Assembly (NCBI GenBank): GCA_001599295.1
Contig: BCGN01000002.1
Location: 1,488,001 to 1,552,000 of the forward strand
Reading direction: 5' to 3'
Origin: Sporopachydermia quercuum
Lineage: Eukaryota
Length of the DNA: 64,000 bases
The translations under genes and the position numbers were made by a program. Shown one piece after another: positions 60,859-64,000 of this stretch; position 1 is the first letter of the stretch; every line of letters begins with the position of its first letter. The notes under the pieces are model-generated. The model worked only from the letters and a program-made list of their open reading frames with translations, was not told the origin of the DNA and did not search any database.

Positions 60859-62691
60859 ATGAGGAGACGCAGATCTGGACTCAATATGAGCTCGCAGGAG
60901 ATTGAAATACACGAACTTCAGGATAATAGTAAGGAGACCAGTGAGAGAACTGAGTTTCTATCAAATGAAACATCATTAAAAACATCTACAAATTTAAATG
61001 AAGACTACGCAGAAAGCAATAACGATAGAAGCGACCGAGGAAATGGTAAAAATCAATTCAGTTTCTTCTCCAATGTTCCTTTACTACAGGATTACTCCCG
61101 AGAAACAGTTCTGGCATTGAAGAAATACGCTAGATTTATTGGCCCTGGTTTAATGGTCTCAGTGGCTTATATGGATCCAGGTAATTATGCAGCAGCAGTT
61201 GATGCAGGTGCAAAGAATCAATTCTCGTTACTTTTCTTCTTATTGCTCTCCAATCTTTTCGCTATTTTTCTTCAATCGCTTTGCATTAAATTAGGAAGCG
61301 TCACAGGTATGGATTTAGCAAGATGTTGTAGAGAGTTTTTACCTAAATGGCTATCAATACTCCTATACATATTAGCAGAAGCTGCAATAATTGCTACCGA
61401 TTTAGCTGAAGTAATTGGTAGTGCTATTGCATTGAACCTTTTATTAAAGATTCCTCTGTGGGCAGGTATTCTTCTAACTGTTTTTGATGTTTTATTAGTA
61501 TTAATGGCCTACAAGCCCGGCTCATCTATGAAACTTGTAAGAACATTTGAATATGTTGTTGCCGCCTTAGTTTTGACTGTAGTTATTTGTTTTTGCATAT
61601 TAATGTCAATGATGCCTTCTGCCGACGTTGGAAGCGTTTTCAGAGGTTATTTACCATCAAAGGAAATGTTTCAGAATGGTGGAGGTTACACTGCTTGTGC
61701 TTTACTAGGTGCTACAGTCATGCCACATTCACTTTTTCTTGGTTCTGGCTTGGTTCAACCTCGGTTGAGAGAATTTGATGTTATGAAAGGAAATGTAGAT
61801 TTACCAGCTGAAGATGACGATGCTGCATCATCATCAGAAGAATCCAACGTCGAAAGACATGAACGACAGCATATTGATAAGGAAGAACTTTATTATGATT
61901 ATCGACCATCTAATGAGGCTATTCATTATGCTCTAAAATACTCAATCATTGAATTGGCAATCACTTTATTTACATTTGCATTATTCGTCAATAGTGCTAT
62001 TTTGGTCGTTGCTGGTATTACCTTATATGAAACCGAAAGTGCTTATGACGCTGATTTATACACAATATATGACTTATTGCAACAATACGTTAGTCCTGCA
62101 GTTGGAACTATTTTTATGGTTGCTCTTCTATTTTCTGGCCAGTCTGCTGGTATTGTTTGCACTATTGCTGGACAAATGGTCTCTGAAGGGTTTTTGAATT
62201 GGACCATTACCCCATGGCTAAGAAGAATCATCACAAGATTGATTGCTATTGTTCCTTGCTTAGGAATTGCTCTTGGTTTGGGTAGAAATGGTCTAGGTGA
62301 TGCATTGACGGCCTCACAAGTATGCTTATCCGTTTTATTACCATTTATTTCTGCACCATTGATTTTCTTCACAGCTAAGAAAAGCATTATGGAAGTCAAG
62401 AATGGTCGAACAACAGATTCTAGGAGAGTGAACCATGGAGATAACAATAATAATAGCAATAATGAAAGTACTGACGGTAATATTTCTATTACTAATAGAT
62501 CTGAGAATCAAGAGGAAGACGTTGCATCAAGAGAAGAGAATCAAGATGAAGAGCAAGCTTCATCCACAGAAGAAGGATACCATAATTATACCAATACTGT
62601 TTTTACGTCAATTGTTGCATTTTGCATTTGGATGTTCATTTCTGGTTTGAATATTTATATGATTGTTGAACTTGGGTTAGGTAATGGCTAA
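60859..62691 (+). CDS. SMF1: Nramp-family divalent metal (Mn2+) transporter, Smf1-like (start may be the second ATG at 60886)
   Basis: FIGPGLMVSVAYMDPGNY, AIIATDLAEVIG, GATVMPHSLFLGS, SGQSAGIVCTIAGQ. The 'YRP..EAI.Y.LKYSI.EL.ITLFT' segment is Smf1-like. Convergent with HRP1, as YOL122C/YOL123W are. Confidence 0.85.
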   Translation: MRRRRSGLNMSSQEIEIHELQDNSKETSERTEFLSNETSLKTSTNLNEDYAESNNDRSDRGNGKNQFSFFSNVPLLQDYSRETVLALKKYARFIGPGLMVSVAYMDPGNYAAAVDAGAKNQFSLLFFLLLSNLFAIFLQSLCIKLGSVTGMDLARCCREFLPKWLSILLYILAEAAIIATDLAEVIGSAIALNLLLKIPLWAGILLTVFDVLLVLMAYKPGSSMKLVRTFEYVVAALVLTVVICFCILMSMMPSADVGSVFRGYLPSKEMFQNGGGYTACALLGATVMPHSLFLGSGLVQPRLREFDVMKGNVDLPAEDDDAASSSEESNVERHERQHIDKEELYYDYRPSNEAIHYALKYSIIELAITLFTFALFVNSAILVVAGITLYETESAYDADLYTIYDLLQQYVSPAVGTIFMVALLFSGQSAGIVCTIAGQMVSEGFLNWTITPWLRRIITRLIAIVPCLGIALGLGRNGLGDALTASQVCLSVLLPFISAPLIFFTAKKSIMEVKNGRTTDSRRVNHGDNNNNSNNESTDGNISITNRSENQEEDVASREENQDEEQASSTEEGYHNYTNTVFTSIVAFCIWMFISGLNIYMIVELGLGNG

Positions 62692-62897
62692 TAGAGCATC
62701 ATATAGAAGATATTACTTTCATTTTATATTTATTTCACTCCAATTTTATTTTCGTTTACGAAACACATAAATCACAACTATTACCAATCATTGGAGGCTC
62801 TTTAAGGTAAGAAGCTATCATTCTAATGTTCTGGAAAACTAACGAACAATAAACCCTTCGGATACATAATGTAGATCCATAGTCAATCATCTGCTGT

Positions 62898-64000
62898 CTA
62901 CCTTCGGTACGGATGATAATTCTTCTTTCTATAACCTCTACGTTTCCCGTTGTTATTTCTAGGACCTGTTGGAGCATTCCTTGGCGGAGAACGAGATCTT
63001 GACCTTGATTCTGAACCCGATCTTGAACGACGATAATCACGGTCTCGGTCCCATTCTCTTTCCTTGTATGAGCCTCTTTGCCTATGTTCATTGTAGTTAT
63101 CACCATCATCGTCATCATCTCTATTTCTATCGTCATAATCGTCAGATCGGTTTTTACCGTCATCTTCTCCTCCATAATTGGGGGTATGATCTTGATTACC
63201 AGGTTGATTATTTCCAGGTGCACCGTTGAAATTATTCATTGGATTGAAAGGAGGCATAGGGAAATTAGCATTTGGCATAGGAGGTAAAGATCCTGCACCA
63301 AGGACACCAGGACCCCCGGGACCACCAGGTGGACCATTACCCTCATTTTGACGCATTTTCAACATTCCTTGCATCATACGCATTTGATTTAAATACATTT
63401 GCCACATCTCAGGATTCACCATTGGCATACCAGGCGCACCAGGTTGTGGTGGTAAACCTGGCATACCAGGTAAAGGAGGACCAACACCAGGTTGTGGTGG
63501 AACGAAAGGAAATCCCATAGGACCTCTGTTATGTTGATTATGTCCGCGATTATTGTTATCTTGATCGCCTCGATTTCTCTTATCTTTTCCTCTTGGTTCT
63601 GCCCTTCTAATCTCAATATATTTCCCGTGTAATTCTAAATACTTATTAGCAGTCACAGCGTCTACAGCAGCTTCTGAATCATATGTCACAAATCCAAATC
63701 CGCGGGATCTACCGGAATCTTTGTCCATCATCAGTTGTGCATCAATCACAGTTCCAAACTTTTCAAACAAATCAGAGAACTCTTTTTCAGTAACGTCAGG
63801 TGGGATGCCACCAACGAAGATTTTACCTGTCTTGTCTTGCTCTTCTCTTGGGATTGCACGTTTAGGATCGATGATTTTACCATCTAAAACGTGTTCTTCC
63901 GCCATAACAGCGTTTACAGCATCATTAGTAGCAAATGTCAAAAACCCGAATCCTCTTGATTTCCCGGTTCCATCTTTCATAACAGCACAATCAACTACTT
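62898..64000 (-). CDS. HRP1: Hrp1/Nab4-type two-RRM nuclear polyadenylated RNA-binding protein; 5' truncated by window edge
   Basis: RRM1 end (SRGFGFLTF, LDGKIIDPKRAIPREEQDKTGKIFVGGI), RRM2 (RSRGFGFVTYDS) and a C-terminal PY-NLS (NYHPYRR). Frame is open to the window edge. Confidence 0.9.
   Translation of the reverse strand, partial: VVDCAVMKDGTGKSRGFGFLTFATNDAVNAVMAEEHVLDGKIIDPKRAIPREEQDKTGKIFVGGIPPDVTEKEFSDLFEKFGTVIDAQLMMDKDSGRSRGFGFVTYDSEAAVDAVTANKYLELHGKYIEIRRAEPRGKDKRNRGDQDNNNRGHNQHNRGPMGFPFVPPQPGVGPPLPGMPGLPPQPGAPGMPMVNPEMWQMYLNQMRMMQGMLKMRQNEGNGPPGGPGGPGVLGAGSLPPMPNANFPMPPFNPMNNFNGAPGNNQPGNQDHTPNYGGEDDGKNRSDDYDDRNRDDDDDGDNYNEHRQRGSYKEREWDRDRDYRRSRSGSESRSRSRSPPRNAPTGPRNNNGKRRGYRKKNYHPYRR

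Noticed and set aside
7342..63616. Many 60-170 aa ORFs antisense to or nested in real genes
   Set aside because: Shadow ORFs expected from codon bias and low-complexity coding sequence.

Overview
Eukaryotic, AT-rich nuclear DNA from a budding yeast (Saccharomycotina) outside the Saccharomyces clade. It encodes a complex I subunit (NDUFA9/NUEM) and TSC1, has a Cpa1 with a mitochondrial-type presequence, has short spliceosomal introns with mixed donors (GTAAGT/GTATGT/GTGAGT/GTATGA), and appears to read CTG as Leu. The window is gene-dense and housekeeping: IML1 (3' end), HOM6, PPX1, IPA1, HIR3, TSC1, KEL1, TDA11-like, an aldo-keto reductase, ATG33/SCM4-like, RDH54, VMS1, HEM12, YSY6/RAMP4, NUEM, the CPA1 arginine-attenuator uORF, CPA1, FBA1, a HAL/SAT4-family kinase, TPK2, DBP10, SMF1 and HRP1 (5' truncated). 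Reading the DNA directly gave nine introns. These repair four gene models (HOM6, IPA1, HIR3, HEM12) and reveal two coding units absent from the ORF track: a 3-exon YSY6 and a 3-exon arginine attenuator peptide with a 13-nt middle exon. The most interesting unexplained signals are: a possible cryptic peroxisomal (-SKF) isoform of aldolase; a dense TGTCAT cluster in the FBA1 promoter; a C-terminally extended AAP plus a second in-frame uORF before CPA1; a perfect 14-bp inverted repeat between ATG33 and RDH54; and an RS-rich tail on Hrp1. I could not support any tRNA, rRNA, transposon or CRISPR call. All calls come from reading and remembered homology; no searches were run.
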